Of a DNA stretch of 64,000 bases, positions 43,961 to 58,037 are shown one piece after another; position 1 is the first letter of the stretch; each line of letters opens with the position of its first letter. The stretch is from Octopus sinensis (taxonomy: Eukaryota), in the NCBI RefSeq assembly GCF_006345805.1, contig NC_043007.1, forward strand, positions 48,174,001-48,238,000. The letters are read 5' to 3'. A program made the translations under genes and the position numbers. The notes beneath the pieces were generated by a model. The model was given only the letters and a program-made list of their open reading frames with translations, was not told the origin of the DNA and ran no database searches.

Positions 43961-44960
43961 TTGCATTAACGTATAGTATATGTGATAATGTGAAGTACAT
44001 TTAGTACGTTAAATTCTTTAATTTCGGAAATATATCAAGGGAAGCAAACATAAGCAGTAAAAATACAAATTGCAAGTATTTCAAAATGTGGGACACTACG
44101 TGACGAAAACTAACAAAAAGATAAAAGTATTGATTGTATTTCAAAAGTATGAATAATTCTGCTAACAAAAATACATCGGTTCCTTGTGCAGCTTGTATAT
44201 GGTGATGTGTGCTGGATAAACGCAAACCATTGTGTCAAAGATCTCTAGTGACAATTCTCTCCTCTCTGGCTATATCATAGAAATTCCTTACTCTTAGACG
44301 TCTGTTGACTCAAAACAGACTACACTTTTGCTGTTCTGGCAAGAGGTCTAATTGGATGACTTAAAGCATACAATCGGCCTGAACAGGTATGGTCATGTGA
44401 TCACTTGTAGAAAACAGGCAAAATACGCCAGTTGGCAGCTATCTAAGTCTAGACAACCAAATGATAAACATTGCATTAGCTGCACCTTCATATGAGACAT
44501 AGAAGAAACAAGTCACCTTCTTCTCTACAGCCAGCAACCTTGGAGCACCAAGTAATGCATATAGAAAGTAAAAAAAGAAATCATACCCTCCCTCTGGGTT
44601 AAAAGAGATGGTGCATGACAAACGTCTGACAACGAGTTACGAGGTTCTATCCGCTCCGGAGAGATCCTCAATAACTTTAACAATCTCATGCACTCTCATA
44701 CGAACAGAATGGTTAAAGACTTTCTCTTATCTTACATAGTATGTTTTATGTGAGACACCCGAGGGCGTAGCTTTTGAGTACACAGTACCTACTTATCTTT
44801 TAAGATAACCTTGCGATACAAGAGGAAGCGCACAACTCCTTACAATTTAAGATAACCTTGCTAGGCTTATTTTATATGATGGAACAGTCTGAGTGGTTTT
44901 TCTTTTCCTTTTTTTCCCCCTCTTTTGTGGTATTCAGCTTATCAATGACAATGAAGTATT

Positions 44961-45350
44961 TATTTCTTTATTGCCTACAGAGAGCTAAACATAGAAGGGA
45001 CAAACAAGGACAGACAAACGGATTAAGTCGATTATATCGATCCAAGTGCGTAACTGGTACTTATTTTAATCGACCCCGAAAGGATGAAAGGCAAAGTCGA
45101 CTTCGGCGGAATTTGAACTCAGAACGTAGCGGCAGTCGAAATACCTATTTCTTTACTACCCACAAGGGGCTAAACATAGAGGGGACAAACAAGGACAGAC
45201 AAACGGATTAAGTCTGTGCGTAACTGGTACTTAATTTACCGACCCTGAAAGGATGAAAGGCAAAGTCGACCTCGGCGGAATTTGAACTCACAGCGTAACG
45301 ACAGACGAAATACCGCTCAGCATTTCGCCCGGCGTACTCACCGCCCTTCC
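44961..45350 (-). mobile_element. Dimeric SINE-A variant carrying a Tx1-like 3' tail, with a 14-bp TSD
   Basis: head-[body-tail]-[body-tail]; TSD GACAATGAAGTATT at 44947-60 and 45351-64; internal junction at 45145/6. Confidence 0.88.
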
Positions 45351-45842
45351 GACAATGAAGTATTGTCACAGCCCCAATAAAAAACATGGACATCAGCAGC
45401 AGTTCTCTGCTCACCAACATGTGACCATGTCTTTTGTTGAAGTGCTGGGTAATCAATTATCGTCATGATCTTTCTTGATTACAAATAAGTGAAACTCTAT
45501 TATAATCACAGATGGTGAATCTTTGTGGTGCTCAGTATAATACACATTAAAGGCAATAAAAGATCTCCATTCTTGTAGCTTCAAGTATATGAAAGAAGTA
45601 GAATAAGCGGGAGCAGTTCTGGCAGGCTTGGGTAATAATCGGATGAATACGATCGTGAGCTACACGAAATGTCAGCAGGTGTGCGGCCTTTAAGCTAGTC
45701 TCTGTTACAGTAAATTAGCTGCTTCAGTACTGGTTCGATAATTTTCATATATCACTATAGTCGCGAACACAATTTGTTTGCTTTGGTTACAAGTATACAC
45801 AGTGCTTGGGATTTAAAATGTTAAGTGCAACATCTCACTCAC

Positions 45843-45877
<35 letters not shown>

Positions 45878-46269
45878 TTACAACACACACACGCACACAC
45901 GCTCACACACACACGCTCACACACACACACACATAAAAATACACACACGTGCGCGCGCACAAACACACACACACACACACTCACATACACACATATACAC
46001 AACGCACACACACGCACAACTTGATTGTGGGATTTCTTTAACTTGCTTTTGACTCTTCCCATTTGTTCATTTAAATTGTCCGATGACTCTTCCTTACTTC
46101 CACTCGTATGGTCTAGTATGACTGTACAGCAGCAGCTCCGTTACAAATGTGATCAGAGTAATACTCCGATGAACTTTGTAGTGCAGAGGTCTGCAACCAC
46201 CGTGTCGTGTTTCATGTGATGCAAGGTCGTACGGAAGGAATAAACTTTAAAATTTTATTTCTAGTTTAG

Positions 46270-46570
46270 TGATTGGCGTGGCTGTGTGGTTTCAGTCCCA
46301 ATGCGTGGCACATTCGGAAAGTATCTTCTATTACAGCATCGGGCCAACCTAAAGCCTTCTGAGTGGATTTGATAGACGGAAACTGAAAGAAGCCCATAGT
46401 GTGTGTGCGTGCGTGTGTGTGTGTGTATGTGTGTGAAGATATATATATCTATGACTGTGTGTATTTGGGTCTGCTTGACATCTAGTGTTGGTGTGTTTCT
46501 GTCCCTGCACCTTAGATAAAGAGACTGATAGAATAAACACCAGTCTTGACTGAAACAAATAAAAGAATAT
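46270..46570 (+). mobile_element. SINE family B, internally deleted
   Basis: B core and GACTGAAACAAATAAAAGAAT end. Confidence 0.75.
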
Positions 46571-46884
46571 GGCAATCTGCAGAATATATTTTACAGATGT
46601 AAATAACGTGTTATAAATGCAATAAATAAATTATGTTATTTAGTCATGCGTGCGATTCGACGGTATGTGGAGAAATTGGTTAACCTCTAGCAAAAAAAAG
46701 TGAAAATAAAATAGTGTAATTACATGGAAAAATGCGAGCATTTTAAACTAAAAAATTATAAACTAAAAAATTATACAAATTATAATTAATTGTAAGGAAA
46801 AAATACAAATTTTTTTAAAATAATCATTGTATATCATAACGTAATAATAAAATAATTAAGGCTAATTTTTTTTTTCTAATATAG

Positions 46885-47046
46885 GTGCAGGAGTGGCCAT
46901 GTGGTAAGTAGCTTGCTTACGAACCACATGGTTCCGGGTTCATTCCCATTGCGTGGCACCTTGGGCAAGTGTCTTCTACTATAGCCTCTGGCCGACCAAA
47001 GCCTTGTGTGTGGATTTGATAGATGGAAACTGAAAGAAGCTCGTCG
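46885..47046 (+). mobile_element. SINE family B 5' half abutting the Tx1 LINE
   Basis: Ends GAAAGAAGCTCGTCG, where the LINE begins. Confidence 0.85.
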
Positions 47047-49942
47047 GGGAACACTCCACAGTGGACGTGGTCAAATAGTGACGGGTCTTCCAGAATATAT
47101 CTAGATAGGGTTTTAATTAGAAAAACAGATAAGTCCATAGCTATGTGTCCACAGTTTTATTTAGTCAGCTACAGTGATCACAAGATGGTTACCTGTAAGC
47201 TGACAGTAGATAAGTTGCATAGACAGGGATCTGGCTACTGGAAACTCAATACGCCCCTTTTGGCGATTGAGGAGTACAGAAAGCGGATCGAGATGTTAAT
47301 ACAGAGGGCATTGACAGGTACCATCATTAATAACAAATAGTGGTATGCCTTAAAAAGAACCATAAAATATGAGTCTATTAGGTTTAGCTTAAGTTTAGCT
47401 AAGAAGGGACGTAGAATAAGAGATGGTCTAGTTAAGGAACTAGAAGAAGCTTGGAGAACTGGTAATGCGGACCAAGTGAAGGTGAAGAGACTGGAGTTGA
47501 ACCAGTATCTTGAAGCCCAACACATGAGAAGTATTGCCAGAGCTAAGTTACGTGCGATGGAAGTGAAGAAATCAAGGCCGCTGGATGGGCCCGAGTGGTG
47601 GAAGCTCGACAAGGAAATAGATCCACTATTCGGTCTTTGACGAATCAAAATGGTGTCTTCGTAAACGAACCCGAGGAAATGTGTGAGGCCTTTCGGGAGA
47701 ACTTCGCCCAACTGTTCGGGGGTGATGGTGGTCCTGAAGGTGGGGGATTCCTCGAGGACTTTCTTGCCGGACTGCTGTGCCTCTCGAAGTCGGATGCGGA
47801 GTCTTGCGAAGGGTCGATCACGCCTGTGGAGTTGATGGAGGCTATGGCCGACTGTAAAGCGGGTAAGTCGCCGGGACTTGATGGTCTTCCGTACGAGCTG
47901 TATAAATGTATGCCAGACCTGTTCGGGGACCTATTGGCTGACGTGTATGCGAACTGGCAACAGAATGGGTTTATCCGCAGATCTGTGCGCCGGGGAGTAG
48001 TAACGTTGGTCAGAAAGGACCCGGACAAGGGGGACGTTTTAGATAACTTCAGGCCCATCACTCTGTTAAACGCAGAAGTGGAGATTTTGACCAAGGTCTT
48101 AGCAAAAGGCTGGCGCGTGTCGCGAATGGTATAGTCGGGGAGGCAGATATATGTGCCATCCCAGGAAGAACCATTCAGGATAATCTCCACCTTATTCGCT
48201 ATACCATAGAGAAGGTTTGTGATAAATCTGGCAAAGGTGGGGCATTGGTACATTTTGATAGGGTTGACTATCGATACCTGGCGACTGTGCTTGCGCGGTT
48301 CGGCCTAGGCCTTGGCTTCCTCAGGTGGTTTATCGCTATGTATCACAACATTTACTCGACAGTTCGGGTAAACGGTTTCTTTCGAAGCCGTTCTGCAGGA
48401 GGCGCTCGGTTCGTCAAGGATGTCCGCTCTCACCACTTTTGTATGTGGTGACTCTTGAGCCCCTACTGCGAAGGTTGAGTGGCATCCCGAGAGAACCAGG
48501 TTTAGAGGAGTTTGTTACAGCTTACGCAGACGATATCACTATCAGCGTAACCAAAATAGCACGCCTACGTAAAGTGGGTAAGGCTATTGAGGTTTACGAG
48601 ATGGTGGCAGGAGGAAAGATTAACCGGGAAAAGTCAGTCGGCTTGCAGCTCGGCGCCTGGGTTGGCAAGTCGATGCCTTCAGACAGCATTGTTGGGCGCT
48701 GAACAGAAGGACCGGTTAACTTGCTGGAAGTCTGGTTTGGACCAGGCCTCCAGATAGAGAAGAACTGGACAGAGGTTTCGAGCAGGGTGGCTGCAGTACT
48801 CAAGACCTGGTCTTGGCGGTGGCTATCACTGAAAGAGAGGGCGAAGGTGGCCAATGTGTTTATCGCATCGGTCATTACCTACCACCTGACCGTCGTGCCT
48901 TGTCCGGATTCGTGGTTGATCTGGCTGGAGAGACAGCTCTTTCGTTTTTTGTGGAAGGGCAGGTCGCCATTTGTGAAACGCTCTGTCTGTTGTCAAAAGC
49001 CGAGTTCAAAAGTTTTTGCGAACAGGAAGCCTGGTGTTTTCCAAGGTCGAGTGAATGGCATAAAGAGTGCCGTAAGGCCCTCCTTCTATTCCAGTGCTTG
49101 GGCAACGCCAGCGGTGGGGGTTCTACACGAATTTTATATAGTGTGTTGGTAGAGTCTGGATGTGACGTGACCTGGGGGGAATCTAGGTCTCGGATATATT
49201 CAACTGAACAGCCTGTTCCACCGTACATTCGTGTTAAGAACGTTGGACAATTTCCAAAAGTCCTTGACCTGATAATGTTACAGAGGTGCCTTGCCCGTTT
49301 GGGATAAGCTCGCAAGACATGTCCAAGATGCGGGGGAGACAGAAAAACCGACCCTCCAGTGTCTGGAGATATCTGAAATGTGGGTTTATGCTGAACACCT
49401 GTTGTCCGGAGAAGGAAGAGTACGGCTGTCGACTGAGTCAATTATAAAAATTGACCCACTGGAAGTTTTAACAAACGAAGGTAAGAATTGTTTTCTCACG
49501 GTTGTAGCAATAGCGAAGGAGGCAGTATGGAAGACTAGGATAAAAGGGATCAAGACAGGCAACTTTATCTCCGGCCACGATTTACGATCATTTTTTACTT
49601 TTCATTTGAAAAGGAAGGTGTGGCTGGAGAAGAGGTGTCTGTCGGAGAGTATGCTCAAAAAGAGATGGAAGCATGTTGCACAAGTGTTGTGCGTGCAAGG
49701 AACCGTGTAAATAGGCTATAAAAGAAGAAGAAAAAAAAGGTACCAGCGATAGATCGGGGCTTGTGGGTTCGGAGCGTGGCCTGGTCATCGCTACATTTGT
49801 ATTGTCTCTGTATTGTTAATTTCAATCGATTTTTATGTAATTTTTATATTAATATTTTATGTAAAATCATAACGTATTACTGATCCCAATCAGTTGTTTT
49901 CGCCATTTCTGTGTTTGGCCCCCTGTGGGCAATAAAGAAATT
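47047..49942 (+). mobile_element. Tx1/L1-clade LINE ORF2 (end of EN, RT, C-terminus), decayed, with 3' UTR
   Basis: YLDRV..SDHK, GYWKLN, GKSPGLDGLPYELY, FRPITLLN, RQGCPLSPLLY, AYADDITI; 3' end CCCCTGTGGGCAATAAAGAAAT. Confidence 0.93.
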
Positions 49943-50118
49943 GGTATTTCGTCTGTCTTACGTTCTGAGTTCAAATTCCTCCGAGGTCGACTTTGCCTTT
50001 CATTCTTTCGGGATCGATAAATTAAGTACCAGTTGAGAACTGGCGTCGATCTAATCGACTGCCCCACTCCACCAAAAAAAAAAATTCGGGCCTTGTGCTT
50101 AGAGTAGAAAAGAATATT
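49943..50118 (+). mobile_element. Headless SINE-A beginning at GGTATTTCG directly after the LINE 3' end
   Basis: GGTATTTCGTCTGTCTTACGTTCTGAGTTCAAATT... Confidence 0.85.
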
Positions 50119-50825
50119 TCCCCTCCCTACCGCCCTAATTCTAAAACTTTCCACTGCCATTCGTTTCCCTTTAAAATTTTCAAATAACTTTTTAGATACT
50201 TCGAAATCCAAATTTTTGCATGTTTGTGTAAGAGAAAATTATTTACTAATAGAAAATTGTGTTATTAAAATAAATTATCTTTAACATACTTTTAAACTGT
50301 TACGAGAAAAACATTTACTAACAGATAAATTATGTTATGCAATAAATCTGTAACATACCTTTAAATTATTGCGGATAAAGTATTAAAACTCGAAAACTTG
50401 CCCATGAAGTGTGCAATCCAAATTTTAATTTGATTGTGATCTTCTCGCTAGGGGGGCACTCTCATTAAAAAAACAAAAAAAAAACAAGGGTCTGTTTTTT
50501 TAGAAATAAAGAGAGAGTGCGCATTATGTCATTCTTCTAGTTTTCCCGGCAAACAAGGGTCTCATCGAAAACGAGAAAGAAGAGTTACATGCAACTTATT
50601 TCTCATCGAAAACCAGAAACACTTAATTTAAAGGTATTGTAAAGATAATTTATTTTAATAACATAGTTTTCTGTTAATAAATGTTTTTATCTTACACAAA
50701 CACGCAAGATTCAATTGAGGAAAGTTTGGGAATTAGGGGTATGGGGAAAATTTTTTTATTTTATTTTATTATTTGATAATCTTGAACAGTGGAAAGTTTT
50801 GAAATTAGGGGAGTAGGGAGGGAAT
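50118..50825. mobile_element. MITE-like element with degenerate inverted arms
   Basis: About 50118-50290 mirrors about 50630-50825. Confidence 0.55.
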
Positions 50826-51094
50826 ATAATTTGGGGCGAAGTGTAATCGTATTAATTCCATGCAGAAGACAAAATCGAAAAATTTTTGTGAAAATTCTTA
50901 AAAATAAAAAGTTATGAGGGGTTTTAATACGTCGAAAATTAATTTCTCTTCCAAAGAGAGAGTGACATTATCTCTTTCTTTCACCTTTCCATTTGAGTAT
51001 ATATCGCGACACTATGTTGTCACAAAACTGTTAAAACTTTACTAACTTGATCGATCTGTGGCTAAACCTGAGACTAATTTTATACAAACTTTGC

Positions 51095-51390
51095 TAGTTT
51101 GTGGTTTCCGCTGGCCAGACAAATGTTCCCCGACTTCAAAAGTTTTTGCGAATAGGAAGCCTGGTGTTTTCCGAGGTCGAGTGAATGGCATAAAGGGTGC
51201 CGTAAGGCCCTCCTGCTATTCCGGTGCTCGGGCAACGCCAGCTGTGTGGGTTCTACACGAATTTTATTTTTAGAGTCTGAATGTGACGTTGAGCAGGGGC
51301 GACTCTAGGTCTCGGGTATATTCAACTAGACAGCCAGTTCCATCGTACATTCGGGTTGAGAACGTTGGACAACTTCCAAAAGTCCTTGAC
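51095..51390 (+). mobile_element. Internal Tx1 fragment homologous to 49006-49268
   Basis: TTCAAAAGTTTTTGCGAA...CCAAAAGTCCTTGAC is shared. Confidence 0.85.
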
Positions 51391-51631
51391 TTGCTCCATA
51401 AACATAACTATAAACGTAACTTATTTACATGGTCTACATAACTTATTTACGTGTGCATTTTCATAAATGTTTCTCTTGCACGATGACTATAACAGATACA
51501 CGAGCACCAAATAGAGAATACGACTCTTTAAGAATTTTCATTTCTTAATTTTTCTTAAAGAAACACTCAAATCCCCTTCCCCAACTTCCACCCATCAACT
51601 CCGAATGTTTCACTTTTAGCTTTTTAGAAAG

Positions 51632-54358
51632 TGTAGTGACGCTATACAGCGGCGCGCGCGCGCACTGTCCTTTTCTGTTTCGCGCGTGCGCGAAGCACCG
51701 GAAGTAGAACCCTTTTGCCTACGTGGCAGTTAGCCGAGGCAAGGGGATCGTAGAACGTTTGACCACTAGCAGCAGCCTTTACCGAAAGCTTTTAACCAAA
51801 TTGTTGCAGACTAGGGGATCGTAGAACGTTTGACCACTAGCAGCAGTCAGCAGCGACTTGAGACATGGCTATCGAAGGTACAATACGTATATTTTCTCTC
51901 TGTCCGAATTTGATTCTAGCAGCAGTCAGCCTTTTCATAGAAGAAGACGCATATTATCTTCGTCTCTCCCTGACATTTGTTGCCGACATCATCATCTCCC
52001 TATTCCGGACGCCATCTTGGCAGTGTTGTTTTGCATTTGAACGCTTTCTTATTTTACAGCGATATGGTTCAGCTGAGACACATCTATACCAAAGGGATAC
52101 CAGATACACCAATTATCTGTTACCACATAAGAGAATAAAGTAGATATATATTATTTACGTCTGCGTCTTGTTTCTGACTGTTAGAGAATCTGGATTATTA
52201 AAGCAACGGAAAGTGATTACTTCTCGCACCCCCAAAAGGTCCAGAGAACATATTCACACACAACGTTACACTGGTGACCCCCGACGTGATTCTGGTCTAA
52301 AACCAGAGATCACTTAACAACAAAGAAATCCAGTTTTTCTGCTAGGTCGGAACACGATTTAACTCTACGCAGTCATCATCTTTCGACGATTTGTTTTCCG
52401 GCCACCACAAACAGTTATAGAAGGAGCCTTTTTTATTCTTCAACATAATGACGGACGCCATCATATCATCGATGCCTTTTCTCTACCGTCATCACCATCG
52501 TCGTCTTAGAACTTCACGTCGTCGTTATCTTCGTCGCCATCACCACTAAGAACAATGTTGTCTCAAGTCCACTACAGTGGCCTTCCACCACCACTGTCGC
52601 CTTTCAACACCGTCGACCAAGATGTACATAGCAACTCGCGGAACTTTAGCTTTCACGCTGTTCGTGCATAGCGCGCCAAGGAATTAACAGCACAGTCTAT
52701 CTGCGAGATTTCTTCTGTACCCAGTTAACCTGTCACAGCATCGAAGCTACAACCGCTACACGATATGTGTTCAATCGGCATCTGCATTTGTGATTTCAAC
52801 ATTCTGTTACAGAACGAACTGCTATTGTGCATCAGGCTATTACAGACTGGTAAATTAACTCCATTGTCTGAAATAGCCCTGAGAGACATTTTTCCTATGC
52901 GCTGTATTTTTATTTTGCTCGCATTCACCTTGTATGTATTTCTGTCGCACACACGTACACACACATAAATGCTATCTCTCACATACATACGTCACACATG
53001 CTTTCCTCGCTTGTTTTTTTCCCATGCTAAATTTGCCTTTTGTGGACACACCTCATTTCTGTAAGACCCTAGGGGTCACATATACATAGAGAGGGTTGTT
53101 TGTTCATTATAACGCGCCGGCATGCCATACTTTTGTTCCTGTACGAACGAGGCATATAATCGCTCAACCACTGGCATATTCATTGCTGTTTTTCGGTCTG
53201 GCAAGCCCTATTGCATTTCATGCGCCTTTGCTTCGCACGTGTATTGCCTTGTTTTTGCAACACGTTTGCGTTAGCTTAATTCTTTTTCCCGACTCATAGA
53301 ATGTCGGATGTTCACATGCGCTGCGCCATGTATAGGCGTAATTTTTCCCTGTTAGACTCCTGTTGGTCACGTAATTAACAGAGAAAATTATCTGTGTCGC
53401 GCATCACACCAGCATGCTTGCACTTTGCCTTTGTGTTACTAGCGAGCTATCTGTCGATTCCATTTCCTCTCCTGCAGCAATTGATTTAACTGCTATTTCG
53501 CAGGATCAACCACCTTTAGAGAAGTTGGATTTTAATTTCGCCTAGGTTCATTAACTGTGAGTTTGCTTTCCTCCCGCTCCCTACAGCGGAAGGCTCTATA
53601 CTTTGTGACGTATCCACCTTCACGAATGCACTTTTGATTTTTGCTCATTTTGAGTATTTTTTCCTTTTGGTAAATTTCTTATGTATAATGTAAATTTTGC
53701 CATTTTTATTATATTGTGTGCTATTTGGTTATCTGGTATCCACCTTGAGTTTTATAGTCACTACAAGGAATTTTGTGTCGTGCTTCGCACTGGGGTGGAG
53801 CTCTGTAGTGACGCTATACAGCGGCGCGCGCGCACCGTCCTTTTCTGTTTCGCGCGTGCGCGAAGCACCGGAAGTAGAACCCTTTTGCCTACGTGGCAGT
53901 TAGCCGAGAACGTTTGACCACTAGCAGCAGTCAGCAGCGACTTGAGACATGGCTATCGAAGGTACAACACGTATATTTTCTCTCTGTCCGAATTTGATTC
54001 TAGCAGCAGTCAGCCTTTTCATAGAAGAAGACGCATATTATCTTCGTCTCTCCCTGACATTTGTTGCCGACATCATCATCTCCCTATTCCGGACGCCATC
54101 TTGGCAGTGTTGTTTTGCATTTGAACGCTTTCTTATTTTACAGCGATAAGGTTCAGCTGAGACACATCTATACCAAAGGGATACCAGATACACCAATTAT
54201 CTGTTACCACATAAGAGAATAAAGTAGATATATATTATTTACGTCTGCGTCTTGTTGTTTCTGACTGGTAGAGAATCTGGATTATTAAAGCAACGGAAAG
54301 TGATTGCTTCTCGCACCCCCAAAAGGTCCAGAGAACATATTCACACTAAGTCGTTACA
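51632..54358 (+). mobile_element. Non-autonomous LTR retrotransposon (2.7 kb, no gag/pol recognised)
   Basis: LTRs 51632-52270 and 53804-54358 (TG...CA), AAAG TSD, PBS, GGGGTGGAG polypurine tract before the 3' LTR. Confidence 0.92.
52272..52290 (+). promoter_or_regulatory. Primer-binding site complementary to the tRNA-Trp 3' end
   Basis: TGGTGACCCCCGACGTGAT vs the reverse complement of metazoan tRNA-Trp ...ATCACGTCGGGGTCACCA; one extra C; 1 nt after the LTR. Confidence 0.85.
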
Positions 54359-55457
54359 AAAGTGAGGAAGTTTTCCAGAAATAATGTCGTTTACCTGTTG
54401 TTTCTAGCATGCAAGGTTTTCTGGTGGTGGTCTGATATTTTTGATGTCAGTAGAATTATACGCATTCATGAAACATCAGACGAAAGTGAAATATTCTGAG
54501 TTTTTAGGTTTTTGAAAGCGGGGAGGTGATGGGTGGGTGAGGTGGGGGCAGGGGGCCTGAATACTTCTTAAAGAAAGAATAAAATTCAAAAAAAGAAAAT
54601 TTCCAGTTTCGTAATCTGTATTTTTCTACGTGGATTAAAAAAATCGAAAAAAGTTTAAAATCAATAAAATGGGGTGGGGGAAATTAAACTTTCGAAAACG
54701 AGATTTCTGGGCAAAATCGTATCTCCTACATCGAAAACAGAAATCTGAAAAAACTTTTGAAAGAAAATAAAAGAAATACCGGAAATGAGTGGTGTACACA
54801 TCCTTCACATTCGCCTAATAAGTAACAAGTTTACAAATCAAGGGAAGTAACTCAACACCTTAGGGGAAAGCTTCCGGAATATCCTTGTTGCGTTTCGCCC
54901 CATATCGTCTCTGGTTGTGTAGATCTCTCATTTATTACAAACATCAGTGTATCTTAGAACTAGATAATCTAATAAATCCTTCTTTTTATATGGCAGTATG
55001 GCGCAATCTGAAAGAGATTTTCCCGCTATTTTTAGCAAGTTTTCTTGCTGGCCCGTCTCGGTATTTGGTGTTATTTTGTCGATGATTAAATTAACAAATT
55101 TCGTCTTTCAGGTGAAAATAATACACCGCGGAACCTTCTTAACAAAGGCAGAAACACCCACAATATCTTTCTTATTCTCACCACCACAAATGAAAGTTTA
55201 TTGCCGTATCTGACTAAGAAATCGTTTAATGAAAGAAAGGGGAGATGAAGACGTAACAAAATTCTGTTCATTAAACTGGATCACGTTATTTATTGATGTT
55301 TTCTTTTTCGTTTTCGTTTATTTATTTTTTTTCTTTGAGGAATGCAGCTATTAGTGATAAGATACTCGACTGAGTTCCAGAACTCCAGTAATTAACATAA
55401 ATTAGTGGCATGCCAGTGAAATTATAATCTTCTCTGTATCGTTCCAATTTCATGTAT

Positions 55458-55527
<70 letters not shown>

Positions 55528-55539
55528 TGATGATGATAA

Positions 55540-56200
<661 letters not shown>

Positions 56201-56801
56201 GACGACGGCGGCGGCGACGACGGCGACGACGACGACCTGACATGAGAGCAGAGCAAGCCAAAAAAACTGCTCTGCTGAGGAGAGCTAGGATTTTGAGATT
56301 GGTAGTTGGATGTTGAATGTCTCCCGTGATAATTAATATGTGCAGAAAGAGACCCTGAGTGACCTCGGAGGAATTTGAACTCGGAATGTTAAGGCAGAGG
56401 AAATTCCGCTAAGCATTTTGCCCGTCTCAAATTTGGGCACGAGGCCAACAAGTTCAGGGGGTGGGGTAAGTTGAACAATTCGCTGTGTAATGGTATCAAT
56501 GAAATACTAACCTAAACTTAATATGTGACCTACGTCAGATTCTTTAGCGATAGGTCAGACACGAAAAAGATATTCTGTTACTTGTCGCCCCAGTAAAACA
56601 TTCACCACGAAGACATGACTGAGAGAAACATTGTTTACGTAGGAAAAAGATTCCCTTAATAAACCATATCAAGATCAACAGGGGCATCAGCACTTCAGGG
56701 TAGACAGTTTAATATCTTATATTAAAGAGACTTAGGAAATTTCAACAGGGTTTCAGTTATATCATCATCACCATCACCCTCACCATCACCATCACCATCG
56801 C

Positions 56802-56836
<35 letters not shown>

Positions 56837-57117
56837 CCACCACCACCACCACCACAACTACCATCAGCAGCAGCAACCACAACGACGACGACGACGACAA
56901 TGCTTTATTACTCTGTGCTGGCGATCCCACCGATCTATGATCGAAAATGTTTCCACCTTGGTTTATCACTTTTCAAGAACATCACCTCGAAACATTATAC
57001 ACTCACTCGCGCACAATACACACACGCACACACAACACACAACGCGCGCGCGCATACACACACGTGTGTGAGTGTGCGCGTGTGTGCATGCGTGTGTGTG
57101 CATGCGTATGTGTGCGC

Positions 57118-57164
<47 letters not shown>

Positions 57165-57374
57165 TCCACCACCAGTTGACAACCGGTGTTGGTGTGTTTA
57201 CATCTCCATAAAGTAGAGGTTCAGCAAAAGTTATCGATAGAATAAGTGCAAGGTTTAAAAAGAGTAATTCCTGGGGTCGATTTGCTCCGACTAAAACCCC
57301 TTCACGGCAGTGCTCCAGCATGGCCGCAGTCAAATGACTGAAACAAGTAAAAGATAAAAGAATAAAAGAATTAC

Positions 57375-57422
<48 letters not shown>

Positions 57423-57436
57423 TATCTATCTATATA

Positions 57437-57488
<52 letters not shown>

Positions 57489-57490
<2 letters not shown>

Positions 57491-57982
57491 CGGAAAGCTT
57501 TATGAAAATAGACAAAAGACGAAGGCAGGTGGGAAACAAACAAACAATTGTATTAGTATGGCGCTCAGGAAATATAAATAAAACAAGTCTTTAACGTTTC
57601 GAGCCTACGCTCTTCAACAGAAAGATACACAGAGAGAAAAAAAACACAGAAAGAAGGAGAGAAAAAAATGCGTGCAGTAACTAACGAATCAACATGGCGA
57701 TCTGATTTCGGCCAGAGGTCAAAGATCAAACATGAGACGCGAGAGCGAAATAAGGGGAGATAATAGGGTTGATAATAGGGTTGAATGACCAGCTATTAGT
57801 GCGTAGGAGAGGTCTGGACGTGTGTATGTATAGGGTTGGTGTATGTATTAGTATGTATTAGTATGTATTAGTACGTATTAGTATGTATTAGTTGGTGTAT
57901 GTATTAGTATGGCACATCATATATGATGTGATGTGTAAAGTCGTGTGTGTGTAGTGTGGAGAGAGGAGAAGAGGGGGAGGGG

Positions 57983-57985
<3 letters not shown>
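57489..57985 (-). mobile_element. Non-autonomous PLE-like 3' fragment in (TA)n
   Basis: (TA)n on both sides; hammerhead motif; terminal part resembles 3423-3628. Confidence 0.7.
57588..57625 (-). ncRNA. Minimal type I hammerhead-like motif (variant core)
   Basis: TCTTT-CTGTTGA-A-GAGC gtag GCTC-GAAA-CG-TT-AAAGA; palindromic AACGTT stem III. Confidence 0.6.

Positions 57986-58037
<52 letters not shown>

Noticed and set aside
46060-46250. Open minus-strand frame ending at a GTAAGG donor as an exon of a second gene
   Set aside because: Weak acceptor, no ATG, no recognisable motif and no partner exons found.
51858-54124. Duplicated 60-aa ORF (MRHGYRRY...) as a gene pair
   Set aside because: The identity follows from the two LTRs, and there is no protein signature.
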